From NCBI GenBank assembly GCA_965215565.1, contig CBDCDZ010000004.1, forward strand, positions 1,216,001 through 1,280,000: 64,000 nt of DNA, in the 5' to 3' direction. Under the pieces are notes generated by a model. It ran no database searches, had not been told where the DNA came from, and saw only the letters and a list, made by a program, of their open reading frames with translations. The DNA is from Trueperaceae bacterium (lineage in GTDB: Bacteria > Deinococcota > Deinococci > Deinococcales > Trueperaceae). The position numbers were made by a program, and so were the translations under genes. This document shows positions 9,660 to 19,259 of the stretch, one piece after another. Position 1 is the first letter of the stretch; each line of letters starts with the position of its first letter.

Positions 9660-10550
9660 TTACTGCACCTCTAGACTCACCACCTCATGCAACAAACTCG
9701 TAAAGGTCTCCGGGTCGTCCAGCCAGGGATAATGCCCGGCATCTAACAGGCTCGTCAGGGCGTGTGGCATCGCGGATAAGATGCGCTCGGCTTGGTCGGG
9801 GTAGCAGGTTTTGTCATCCTTGCCGATGAGGATAACCGTAGGGTGGCTTATGCCTGAAGGGTCAACCTTTAGGTTCCAAATATTCGCGTCGCCAGGGGCG
9901 GTGGCGACGCTCTCGCTCAGGCCGGCGAAGGACTCGGCGTCACTGTGCTCGAGCCGCAACCGACTCCCCACTTTCGGAAACTCCATCGCGTCGAAGAGCT
10001 GTTTCGCCCCCAACCAAGAGGTCGCTTGCTCTACGCGCTCGGCCGGCGTCATCTCTACAAGCTCGTCCTCGTTGCCCGTAAGCCGCGCCGCTTCGCGCTG
10101 CATGGCGAGCGCTAAAAGCGACATATCCACCCAAGGATTGACCAAGAGGAGGCGCGTCACGCGCCCTGGATGCTGGGCGGCGACGCCGAGCGCGATCATG
10201 GCACCGAAGCCGTGAGCGAGTAACGTGGTGCGCTCCAACTCCAACCCATCTAAAATCTCGGTGACGTCGTCAGCAAGTCTTTCTAAGTCTAGCGCGTTAC
10301 TCAGTCCACTCAGCGACGGACTCCGCCCCGCACCGCGTTGGTCGGCGTAAATCATGCGGTAGCGCTCTAACTCGTCACCCATGAGGTCACGGAAGGAGTA
10401 GCTGTTGTAGCCGGGACCGCTGTGTAAATAGAGGAGGGGCGGCGCGTCTCGCGGTCCGACAACCTCGAGGTAAAGCTCGGCGTCTTCGGTTTCCAGGCGG
10501 TACGCCGTGTCGATAAAAGAGGTTTGTTCTTTTGTACTTGGGTCAGCCAT
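9660..10550 (-). CDS. Alpha/beta hydrolase, proline iminopeptidase-like
   Basis: LHSGPG, DQRGAGRS, AHGFGA (Gly at the nucleophile position), GHYPW. Confidence 0.85.
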   Translation of the reverse strand: MADPSTKEQTSFIDTAYRLETEDAELYLEVVGPRDAPPLLYLHSGPGYNSYSFRDLMGDELERYRMIYADQRGAGRSPSLSGLSNALDLERLADDVTEILDGLELERTTLLAHGFGAMIALGVAAQHPGRVTRLLLVNPWVDMSLLALAMQREAARLTGNEDELVEMTPAERVEQATSWLGAKQLFDAMEFPKVGSRLRLEHSDAESFAGLSESVATAPGDANIWNLKVDPSGISHPTVILIGKDDKTCYPDQAERILSAMPHALTSLLDAGHYPWLDDPETFTSLLHEVVSLEVQ

Positions 10551-10595
10551 AGGCGTACTTTAAGGGCTCGAGCAAAAGGGCGCTGTAGCGTACCC

Positions 10596-10832
10596 TTAAC
10601 CGCCAGCGACCTCTTCAACCTCGCGAAAAACCCAGAGCTTCGTCCCCTGCGGTGCGGTGGGCGGCTCACTTCTAAGCGTCCACATACTTACGAGCAGATA
10701 GAGTCCGGCCTGCTGCGCACTCTCCAAAAGCTTAACCTCTTGGCATCCTTCTACATTCATAAGCGTCGAGCGAAACGCCTCTAAGACCTCTTTGGCACCG
10801 TCGCCTGAGCGTTCAAAAAAGATGGTTTGCAC
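10596..10832 (-). CDS. Antibiotic biosynthesis monooxygenase (ABM)-like small protein
   Basis: 78 aa; GC...LLES....LYLLVS.W pattern. Confidence 0.6.
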   Translation of the reverse strand: MQTIFFERSGDGAKEVLEAFRSTLMNVEGCQEVKLLESAQQAGLYLLVSMWTLRSEPPTAPQGTKLWVFREVEEVAGG

Positions 10833-11065
10833 AACGCTCAGTGTAGCTTAAAAGAGTGTCAGCCAGCCAGATTTGCTGGTTTTACCTGACCTGCTGAAAC
10901 GCCGACGAGCTGACAGGTTCTTCTGTGAGCAGTTCCAAGACATACTGAGACGGGTGAGCGCAGATATCATCTCGGAATATGCGCGCTAGACGCCGTTTCA
11001 TCTAGTGAGCGTGTTGCTTCGCACAACTTCGTACACTCAAACCAGATGAACTTAGTATAGAGTTG

Positions 11066-12004
11066 TCAAGCCCCCTTCCACCTCTGTGGGTGCTGCTGAG
11101 TGACTTGCAGCATGAAACGAAAGAGTTCTCTTGCGAGATAGGTTTTGAGACTTCTTAGAGCAGCCCGGCGGGTCTTGCCTTGCTGCTGTTTCTTGTCGAG
11201 ATAGGCTCTTGTCGGTTCGCTGTGGCGCAGTCTGACTTGGGCAATCATGTGAAAGGTGCGGTTGAGCCGACGGTTGCCGCCGATGTTGAGTTGCCTTCTC
11301 TTCTGACCACCAGAAGAGCGCTCGACAGGCGCACAACCTGAATACATGGCAAAGGCGTGTTGTGAACGAAAGCGTCGGATGTCACCTGCTTCAGCAAGTA
11401 GCGTGGCGGCGTGAACGACGCCGACGCCAAAGACCTCTAAGAGTTCAGGCATCAGTTCGTCAACGAGGGCTTTCATCGCCTGCTCGAGCGTCTTGAGTTG
11501 TTCTTTAAGCACTGCAATAACGGCTTCGACGGCTTGGCGAGCCACCTCTAGCTCAAGGCTCGCTAAGCTCAGCTTGTGCGCTGTAAGCTGTTTAGCTAGC
11601 GCTTCTCGGGTGCGGGTCAGATGTTTGAGGTCTTCAACCGCTTGCCGAGGTGCAAACGTAGTCAGCTCAGGATTAGCCAAAGCAGCCCGAGCTACGTTTT
11701 CAGCGTCTACCTCATCACTCTTCTTGCGTCCTCTTTTGCTGCGGTACTGACTCGTCAGACTCGGACTAATGTCCACAACCTTATGGTCCTGCCCGAGCAA
11801 CGCTTGACTCAACCTCCGAGCAAAGGGGTTATTCGCCCCTTCAATAGCGCACCGCTGAACGTCATAGCGCTTTATCCAGTGCTCCAAAGTTGCCAAGCCC
11901 TCAGCCGTATTCGTAACGGTGCAGTGACCTAATACCTTGCCCTGTTTATCTAACGCTGCTGCGGTATGGCTCTGCGGATGTGGATCAACCCCTATAATGA
12001 CCAT
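11066..12004 (-). CDS. IS110 DEDD recombinase/transposase
   Basis: IIGVD, AIEG, KSDEVDA, C-terminal SSG and GGNRRLN; AAGGAGG RBS. Confidence 0.95.
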   Translation of the reverse strand: MVIIGVDPHPQSHTAAALDKQGKVLGHCTVTNTAEGLATLEHWIKRYDVQRCAIEGANNPFARRLSQALLGQDHKVVDISPSLTSQYRSKRGRKKSDEVDAENVARAALANPELTTFAPRQAVEDLKHLTRTREALAKQLTAHKLSLASLELEVARQAVEAVIAVLKEQLKTLEQAMKALVDELMPELLEVFGVGVVHAATLLAEAGDIRRFRSQHAFAMYSGCAPVERSSGGQKRRQLNIGGNRRLNRTFHMIAQVRLRHSEPTRAYLDKKQQQGKTRRAALRSLKTYLARELFRFMLQVTQQHPQRWKGA

Positions 12005-12019
12005 ACAACCTCCTTAGGT

Positions 12020-12160
12020 TGCTGCTCACGGTAGCTGCTTATCCGTCTATGAGGCTACTAAGCGTCTTAGTATCAGGCAAGCTCCGTGTAGCTTAGTGAG
12101 CGAGGTGTGCAGTTCATCTGTTAGCCCTAAAGCTGATACTTGCTGGGCATCACCTCGCTT
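12020..12160 (-). ncRNA. Putative IS110 bridge RNA
   Basis: Two stem-loops with internal loops. One carries AGCAAGTATC and CAGATGA (target guides); the other carries ATACTAAG and ACGGA (donor guides). Confidence 0.8.
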
Positions 12161-12370
12161 CTCTTAATATACGGATACCTGCTATGTGAACCATCTTAAA
12201 CAGTGCGAGAAGAAATATGCTACCTTGAACTATGTAACCCTTACATCTTCACCGCTTACGGCAGCGCGCTGCTCTTCGATGTTCGCCCGAATGAGCACAA
12301 ACCGGGGGAAACGCGAGCGAAGAGTAGGTGCTTTTTCCAAACGTACATATTCCTCATTGCGGAGGAACAC

Positions 12371-12796
12371 ATGAAAACTAACAAGCCCAGGGTGCGTACA
12401 CTCCAGGAGCTTCAGCCTTTGGTCAAGCGCGGCGATTACCGCATCTGCGCCCACGCCGTCAAGCACGCCGCCTGTGAGGGCTTCACCGAGCGTGACATCG
12501 TCGGCACGCTGCTCTACGGGCGCGAACTGCTGCGCTACGTTCACGACGAGCGGCTCTTAGTCTTAGGCTATATCCGCCCTAGCGTAGAGGTGCAGATTCC
12601 CTTGCACGTGGTGCTCGAGTACGCCAAGCCGAGGTGGGTGGACGTTGTGACCGCTTTTATCCCCAAAGACGCCCATCACGCCATCTCGCGCGAACGCCTC
12701 GCGCAGATGCTGCGCTACGACCGCGCGCCCAAAGAGCGCGAGGGGAGAGAGCGTCGGGAGAACGTCAAGTTAGTCGGGCGTGAGCTGAGGTCTTAG
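12371..12796 (+). CDS. DUF4258-like protein
   Basis: GGAGG RBS; HAVKH, IPLHVVLEY, VVTAFIP. Confidence 0.7.
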   Translation: MKTNKPRVRTLQELQPLVKRGDYRICAHAVKHAACEGFTERDIVGTLLYGRELLRYVHDERLLVLGYIRPSVEVQIPLHVVLEYAKPRWVDVVTAFIPKDAHHAISRERLAQMLRYDRAPKEREGRERRENVKLVGRELRS

Positions 12797-12854
12797 TTAG
12801 AGTTCGCGGATTCAAACTGCCCACGGTGCGTTTTGCCTCGCATGTAAGAATAAT

Positions 12855-12970
12855 GGGTAGCGACTCTCTGGAATGGCACTGGTACCACAACAAGGGGTTG
12901 CAACCCCTTGTTCATTGCACGGCGACGGTAGAAGGAACGCGCGGCGGCATTCGACTTAGAACCGCCTCCT
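12855..12970. repeat. REP/REPIN-like dispersed repeat, copy A
   Basis: AACAAGGGGTTGCAACCCCTTGTT palindrome; homologous to 20516-20650. Confidence 0.75.
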
Positions 12971-13059
12971 CCGTATGACTTTCAACTCGGCGGCGTGTCC
13001 ACTGCAATATGTCATACTTACCTCTTGGGGCGACGATTCGCATGAGACACGGAGGGACG

Positions 13060-14268
13060 ATGCCAGGAATTGCAATGATCGGTGCGCAGTGGGGTGACGA
13101 GGGCAAGGGCAAGGTGGTGGACGCGCTCGCCGCGGACGCCGACGTCGTCGTGCGCTATTCGGGTGGCGCGAACGCGGGTCACACCGTCGTCGCGGGCGGC
13201 GATATCTTTAAGCTCCATCACCTGCCCTGCGGCGTGCTCCACGAGAAACCTGTTTCGGTATTGGGCGCGGGCATGGTCATCGATCCTTGGGACTTTAGGG
13301 CGGAGTACGCCGCCTTCGCCGAGCGCCAGTCGCCCGGCGAGGTGGTCATCTCAGATGAGGCGCATCTCGTCTTGCCACACCACCGCAGAAACGACGAGGG
13401 CGGCGGCTTCGTCGGCACGACGGGGCGCGGCATCGGTCCCTGTTATTCGGACAAGGCGCGCCGGGTGGGGCTGCGTTTCGGCGATTTAGCGGATGAAGCG
13501 ACGCTCCGCGAGCGTCTAGAACGACTTTTAGCCGCCAAACCGAACTCGACGGCTAGGGTGGGCTGGACAGATGTGGATACGGCGTTTGACGCGCTCCAAG
13601 AGGTCCGCGCCTTCGTTCTTCCGTTTATTCGAGATACAGGAGCATTCGTGCGCAGCGCGCTCAAAGAGGACGAGCGCGTCTTGTTCGAAGGCGGACAGGG
13701 CACGATGCTCGATCTCACCTACGGTACGTACCCTTACGTCACGAGCAGTCACCCGACGGTGGGCGGCATCTTGGTGGGCGCGGGCGTGAGTCACAAGGCG
13801 CTCGGCGGCGTGTACGGCGTGGTCAAGGCCTTTACGAGCCGCGTGGGGCACGGTCCTTTCATAACCGAAGTCCAGGGCGAAGCCGCCGCGCGGCTACGCG
13901 GCACCGGCTCGAACCAGTGGGACGAATTCGGCACGACTACGGGTAGAGCGCGCCGCGTCGGATGGCTCGACTTGGTGCAACTCAAGTACGCCTGTGAGGT
14001 CAACGGTTTCGACGGGCTCGTCGTCACGAAGTTGGATGTGCTTTCAGGGCTCGAATGCGTGAACGTCTGCACTGCTTACGAACAGGGGCAACCCGTCTAC
14101 ACCTCTTTGCCCGGCTGGGGCGAACTCAAAGGGCTCGGCGAGCGCGAGGCGCTACCCAAGGAGGTCACGGACTACTTGGAACTCATCGAAGCGTTCACCG
14201 AAACGCCGGTGAACATGTTCTCGACGAGCCCTGACAGAGAGGACACGTACGGGGAGATTTCTTGGTGA
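13060..14268 (+). CDS. purA: Adenylosuccinate synthetase
   Basis: GAQWGDEGKGK, GGANAGHT, GTTGRGIGP, EFGTTTGRARRVGW, TKLDVL. Confidence 0.97.
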   Translation: MPGIAMIGAQWGDEGKGKVVDALAADADVVVRYSGGANAGHTVVAGGDIFKLHHLPCGVLHEKPVSVLGAGMVIDPWDFRAEYAAFAERQSPGEVVISDEAHLVLPHHRRNDEGGGFVGTTGRGIGPCYSDKARRVGLRFGDLADEATLRERLERLLAAKPNSTARVGWTDVDTAFDALQEVRAFVLPFIRDTGAFVRSALKEDERVLFEGGQGTMLDLTYGTYPYVTSSHPTVGGILVGAGVSHKALGGVYGVVKAFTSRVGHGPFITEVQGEAAARLRGTGSNQWDEFGTTTGRARRVGWLDLVQLKYACEVNGFDGLVVTKLDVLSGLECVNVCTAYEQGQPVYTSLPGWGELKGLGEREALPKEVTDYLELIEAFTETPVNMFSTSPDREDTYGEISW

Positions 14269-14585
14269 ATGGGTCAATTGGGTCTTCAAAGAGGAGCGGT
14301 TCTCGGCAAGGTGCAGCCTCGGGTGAGGTGAACTCGAGCACGACGACATCGACCGGGAGCAGGCGGCGGTTCTGAAGCGCCTTTGAGTTTTGCTCTAATA
14401 CAGATTCCGATTGATTACTACATAAACCCCATTATGAAACTTTGCTTTCCCGGAGGAAAACTTCGTGACCAGCAAACACTGCGTGCTTCGTTAAAGCCGG
14501 AGTTTCTTCCGCTTTTGTGAGTGGGAACAAAGATATGAACTCGGAGCGGTATGGACGATGACCGAATACCTTTTTCAGTGATATA

Positions 14586-14813
14586 TAGCAGGTATCAAAG
14601 TCTGTCTCGCAAAGCTCGGTTCACGTCAGTACTCGCGCAGCGATGGTGGTTTGAGTGCTCTGCAAGCTCGGACCTTCCGAGACGAAGTACGCCATTAGGC
14701 ACGCTCTCACTTTGAACAGCACACTCTAGCACGCACTTTACGAGATGAAATCCCGCTAGTCCTTGCGGACAGAGGTCTGCGGCATTTTGTCTCAGTATGT
14801 CGTGGAACTGCTG
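14586..14813 (-). repeat. MITE-like repeat copy 2
   Basis: TAGCAGGTATCA...CTCAGTATGTCGTGGAACTGCT; shares internal modules with 30263-30444. Confidence 0.85.
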
Positions 14814-14946
14814 ATGGAATTGAGCTGAATTCGTATAGGACGGCAACGTTAATCTAGCGCTCATAACATATAGCAAACCTTTAGATTTTACGCTAATAAT
14901 TTTGTTAAAGGTGTGAGATGGGTTATAGTGTTTTCCAGGAGGATTC

Positions 14947-15876
14947 ATGAAAAAATTGCTTGCACCTTTTCTCACGTCTTTTTTGCTGCTAGCTGGCGGT
15001 CTCGCGTTCGCGCAAGACCCGGTTCGTGTCGGCTCCAAACAGTTCACAGAAAACGTCGTTTTGGCGAAGCTCATCATTACGGCGCTGGAAAACGCAGATA
15101 TTCCCACTGCTGATCAAACGCCTTTAGGCGCGACGGACGTCAACCGCTCCGCGCTCGTCAATGGCGAAATTGATGTCTACCCTGAGTACACGGGCACGGC
15201 GATCAGCAACTTTTTGATCAACGAAGGCGCGGACGTACCTGAAGGTGCCTCGAGCGACGGTGAGCAGTCGTACCAGATCGTCAGCGAGTACGACCAGGAA
15301 AACAACAACGTGTGCTGGCTCGAGCCTGCGCCTGCGAACAACACCTACGCCATCGCCGTGACCGAGTCGTTTGCTGAAGAGAACAGCTTAGAGACGCTCG
15401 CCGACTACGCCGAATACGTCAACAATGGTGGCGAAGTCATGATGCCTGTCGGCGACGAGTTCGCGCAACGCCCGGACGGTCTGCAAGCGTTCGAGGAGAC
15501 CTACGGCTTCGACCTTACCCAAGACCAACTCCTTGTCATTGCTGGCGGCCAGCCCGCGCAAACCGAGCAGGCTCTAGCCGAGGGCGCAAACGGTGCGAAC
15601 GCGGCGATGGCATACGGCACGGACGGCGCGCTCATGGCGTACAACTTCCGCGTCTTAGAGGACCCCGAAGGGGCGCAGCCCGTCTTCCAGCCGACGCCTG
15701 TGTTTCGCTGCGGCGTGCTCGAGACCTACGCTGATATCCCCAACATCTTAAATCCCATCTTCGAAACGCTCGACAACGAAACCTTGCAAGAACTCAACGC
15801 CCGCGTGGATGTAGACGGAGAAAACCCCGCAGCGGTAGCGCAGAGCTACCTGGAGGAGAACGGCTTTTTAGAGTAA
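14947..15876 (+). CDS. Glycine betaine/osmoprotectant ABC substrate-binding protein
   Basis: VGSKQFTEN, IDVYPEYTGT, NNTYAIAV, RPDG. Confidence 0.92.
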   Translation: MKKLLAPFLTSFLLLAGGLAFAQDPVRVGSKQFTENVVLAKLIITALENADIPTADQTPLGATDVNRSALVNGEIDVYPEYTGTAISNFLINEGADVPEGASSDGEQSYQIVSEYDQENNNVCWLEPAPANNTYAIAVTESFAEENSLETLADYAEYVNNGGEVMMPVGDEFAQRPDGLQAFEETYGFDLTQDQLLVIAGGQPAQTEQALAEGANGANAAMAYGTDGALMAYNFRVLEDPEGAQPVFQPTPVFRCGVLETYADIPNILNPIFETLDNETLQELNARVDVDGENPAAVAQSYLEENGFLE

Positions 15877-16277
15877 GCGAGTTCGCGCACCCTCTCTGTC
15901 CCTTCTTGGAGCCGCGTACATCCTACCCGGCTCCATACGTTTGTCTCCCGGACCCTTTTCTCACACTCTTTCGAACCGCGTCATCACAGCGGTGAAGATG
16001 AACCGCGAGACCCAACGAGAAGAGACGTCCTTAGCTCGCGCATCTCACCTCACACGGAAGATTATGTATATACTGACGCTTATCTGCTACACCCTCTTAT
16101 AGTTGGTCCGAAGATGTCATTCTACGCAAAGAGGTGAACGCGGATTTGCCGGTTGCATATTCATAAAGTAACGAGCATAAAGTAAAGGGTACAAGGCAAC
16201 GGACGCAGAATCACTGAAGCTAGCTTCGAGCCTCGAACAGCCCCTATTAGGTGACTCAGCATTAGCAATTTTAGGAG

Positions 16278-17909
16278 GTGGTTTTTATCGTCAACCGCAT
16301 CGCTATATTGGGCGGACTCACGACAGCACTGGGCTTTTTCTTTTTGCCCCTCATCGAACTTAAACCGAACCGGCTCGCCTCCGGGCTCTCCTTTCAGCTC
16401 CTGGAGCTAGAGGGCGACCTCCGCTATCCGTTTCTCTTTCTCTTAGCGATCATCGCTGTCGCGGCGGCGCTGCGCCCTCCGTCCAGCACACGCGGCTGGA
16501 CCCTCGTTTTACTCGGCAACGCGCTCCTCTATCTGACGCTCTTTTTACCGGCTGTCGCCGGACAAAGCTTCATCGATAACGCGAGCGACCTCTTAGACGA
16601 AAACGTGCGCGTGAGCAACCCGCGCCTGTTGCCCTCGGGTGCGCTGGTCGTGGGTCTCATCGGCAGCTACGTCGTCCTCTTCGGCGGGCTGCGAGACCTC
16701 ATCAACCAAGAGGTGTCGGGCGTTGCGCGCTTCATCGCGGCGTGGGGCGGTGTGGCGCTGGTCGCGCTCGGGTTTATAGGTGGGCAGTTCGACGTGTATT
16801 CGGTCATGGTAGAACTAGAGGCGCGGGGCGAGCAGCTCGGGCAACGCACGACTGAACACATCATGTTCGTGGGCGTGTCCCTCTTTATCGGTTTCGTCCT
16901 CGGCGTTGGCTTAGGGCTCTGGGCACACCGCGACGAAGCGATCTCTCCAATTGTGCTCTACGCGGTAGGGATCATCCAGACTATCCCGAGTCTGGCGCTG
17001 TTCGGTGTGCTTCTAGAGCCGCTGGCGCGGCTCGGCTCCCAGCGGGCCCTGAGCGTCGGGCTCTTCTTTCTGATTTCGCTCGCGCTCGCCGCCGCTTTTA
17101 TCACCGCCTACCGCCGCTTCGCAGCGAACCTCTCCGGGAACTTGCGGCAGGTGCTCCTCATCGCCAGCGCGCTCGCCGCCGCCGTGCCGCTATCCCTCTT
17201 TACGGTTGTGCTAGCGAGCTTTCTCTTCCGCGTGAGCTTGGTGGCGTTTACCTCCAACGCGGACCTCTTAGCGACGCTTCGCACCGTGATGCTCGTCGCG
17301 CTCTTCGTCGGCTTCGGCCTCTGGATAGGTTCACGCTATCTTAGCGGCGCGGTAGGGCGGGTTTTGCGCTACGGCTCGTGGTTCGGCGGCAGCGTGCTGG
17401 CTACCGCACTTCTCATCGCGCTGGTGCAGGGCGGAAATCAGTTCTTGGGCAACGTAGGCGCGAACCTCACCATGCGCAATTTGGGCGTGTCGGGCATCGG
17501 CACCGCGCCCGCCGTGATCGCGCTGACGCTCTATTCGCTCCTGCCCCTCGTAAGAAACACCTATGCGGGGCTCAACAACGTGGACGCCGCCATCGTCGAT
17601 TCGGGACGCGGTATGGGCATGAACGCAGGCCAGCGCTTTTTCCAGATCGAGCTGCCCATAGCCCTGCCCGTTATCATGGCGGGGGTGCGCAACGCGGCGG
17701 TGGCGCTCGTCGGCATCGGCACGGTGGCGACGATCATCGGCGCGGGCGGCTTGGGCGACTTCATCATCGGCGGCGTCGTCAATACCTCCATCGATCAGAT
17801 TCTTCTAGGCGCAGTGCCGGCGGTCCTCTTAGCCGTCGCACTAGACGCAGGCCTGAGAGGGTTGGAGCGATTAGTGGTGTCGCCAGGCATTCAGCAGCTC
17901 GAGGATTGA
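16278..17909 (+). CDS. Osmoprotectant ABC permease (long form)
   Basis: QTIPSLALFG, LLPLVRNTYAGL, IELPIALPVI, GAGGLG. Confidence 0.9.
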   Translation: MVFIVNRIAILGGLTTALGFFFLPLIELKPNRLASGLSFQLLELEGDLRYPFLFLLAIIAVAAALRPPSSTRGWTLVLLGNALLYLTLFLPAVAGQSFIDNASDLLDENVRVSNPRLLPSGALVVGLIGSYVVLFGGLRDLINQEVSGVARFIAAWGGVALVALGFIGGQFDVYSVMVELEARGEQLGQRTTEHIMFVGVSLFIGFVLGVGLGLWAHRDEAISPIVLYAVGIIQTIPSLALFGVLLEPLARLGSQRALSVGLFFLISLALAAAFITAYRRFAANLSGNLRQVLLIASALAAAVPLSLFTVVLASFLFRVSLVAFTSNADLLATLRTVMLVALFVGFGLWIGSRYLSGAVGRVLRYGSWFGGSVLATALLIALVQGGNQFLGNVGANLTMRNLGVSGIGTAPAVIALTLYSLLPLVRNTYAGLNNVDAAIVDSGRGMGMNAGQRFFQIELPIALPVIMAGVRNAAVALVGIGTVATIIGAGGLGDFIIGGVVNTSIDQILLGAVPAVLLAVALDAGLRGLERLVVSPGIQQLED

Positions 17910-18113
17910 GGAGCGTCACTATATGCGTCACCGAAGAGGTGAGCGGCGTCTGCTCGTCAGTAAGAGGTTATTTAGGACGCTGCCGGTTAGCGTGTTCGTG
18001 CACAAGTCAGTTCGGCTAGTCAGCGTTCAGCTAAAAACAAGGTTAAACCGGCGAAGCCAGACGAGAACGCAGCGGGTAAGAACAGTTTAGATACTTGGCA
18101 GAAATGAGGACCT

Positions 18114-19259
18114 ATGATTGAATTTGACAACGTCGTCAAACAGTACCCCAACGGTTTCAAGGCGGTGGACGGGCTCAACCTCAACGTCCCCGAGGGAGAA
18201 ATCTGCGTCTTTATCGGTCCTTCGGGCTGCGGCAAGACCACCACGATGCGCATGGTCAACCGCCTCATTCCGATTACCAGTGGGCGCATCACCATCGAGG
18301 GGCGCGACAACCGCGACATCCCCGCCGAGGAACTGCGCCGCAAGATTGGCTACGCCATCCAGCAGATCGGGCTCTTTCCGCACATGACGATCTTCGACAA
18401 CGTCGCAGTGGTGCCGCGCCTGCTCAATTGGGAGGAGAACCGCATCAGCAAGCGGGTGGACCGGCTTTTGGAGCTGGTGGGCTTAGACCCCGACGTGAAC
18501 CGCGACAAGTTCCCGCGTCAGCTTTCGGGCGGTCAGCAGCAGCGCGTCGGGGTGGCGCGCGCGCTCGGCGCGGACCCGCCTATCATGCTCATGGACGAGC
18601 CTTTCGGCGCGGTCGATCCGATTACCCGAGAGGTCTTACAAGAGGAGTTTTTGGGGATTCAAAAGGAGATCAGTAAAACTATTATCTTCGTCACGCACGA
18701 TATCGACGAGGCGATCAAGATGGGTGACCGCATCGCCATCTTGCGCGAAGGAAAGCTCGTGCAGTTCGACACGCCCGACACGCTCTTGGCGCACCCCAAG
18801 AACCACTTCGTGCGCGACTTTGTAGGAGCGGACAGGCAACTCAAGCGGCTCGGCTTGGTACGCGTCTACGACATTATGGATACGGACCCTCCCGTCGTGC
18901 AGTTCGAGGGCAAAGCGGAGGAGGCGCGGCGCGCCATCGAGCGGCGCGACGTCAAGAACGCCTTTGTAGTCGACCGCGAGGGCAAGCTCAAAGGCTGGGT
19001 GGACAAAAGGGCGCTCGAGGAAAGTAGCTCCCTCACAGAAGCGATGTACGAGGCTGACTACCGCGACATCTCCGTCAAGGAGACAGCGACGGTGCGCGAC
19101 GCGCTCTCCGCGATGGTCACGCGCGGCTTCCGGGTGACGCCCGTCGTTGACAGCAACGGACTTTTAGCCGGGTCCATCACGCTCAAGGCGCTGCAAGAAC
19201 TCGTCGAAAGGAGCGACGTAGAAGCGGAGCGGCCCGAGGCTAGGGAGGTGGAGGCGTGA
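18114..19259 (+). CDS. Osmoprotectant ABC ATPase with CBS domains
   Basis: GPSGCGKT, LSGGQQQR, MDEPFGAVD, C-terminal CBS-like pair. Confidence 0.95.
   Translation: MIEFDNVVKQYPNGFKAVDGLNLNVPEGEICVFIGPSGCGKTTTMRMVNRLIPITSGRITIEGRDNRDIPAEELRRKIGYAIQQIGLFPHMTIFDNVAVVPRLLNWEENRISKRVDRLLELVGLDPDVNRDKFPRQLSGGQQQRVGVARALGADPPIMLMDEPFGAVDPITREVLQEEFLGIQKEISKTIIFVTHDIDEAIKMGDRIAILREGKLVQFDTPDTLLAHPKNHFVRDFVGADRQLKRLGLVRVYDIMDTDPPVVQFEGKAEEARRAIERRDVKNAFVVDREGKLKGWVDKRALEESSSLTEAMYEADYRDISVKETATVRDALSAMVTRGFRVTPVVDSNGLLAGSITLKALQELVERSDVEAERPEAREVEA

Larger units (their letters stand above)
11050..12175 (-). mobile_element. IS110-family insertion sequence, apparently intact
   Basis: Ends defined by comparison with empty target copies; GA/TC core present at both ends (11048-49, 12174-75); no terminal inverted repeats. 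Confidence 0.9.
10928..12184 (+). repeat. MITE-like repeat copy 1, split by the IS110 insertion
   Basis: AGCAGTTCCAAGACATACTGAGAC...CTCAAACCAGATGA (10928-11049) resumes as TACCTGCTA (12176-12184); compare the intact copy at 25650-25783. Confidence 0.88.

Noticed and set aside
12371..12796. DUF4258 as a toxin-antitoxin toxin
   Set aside because: No partner zinc-finger or HTH antitoxin gene follows it
13060..14268. Slightly short PurA
   Set aside because: All catalytic motifs are present; a length variant only
14595..15107. 170-aa ORF and the many other overlapping antisense ORFs
   Set aside because: Shadow frames of GC-rich genes or readings through MITE sequence
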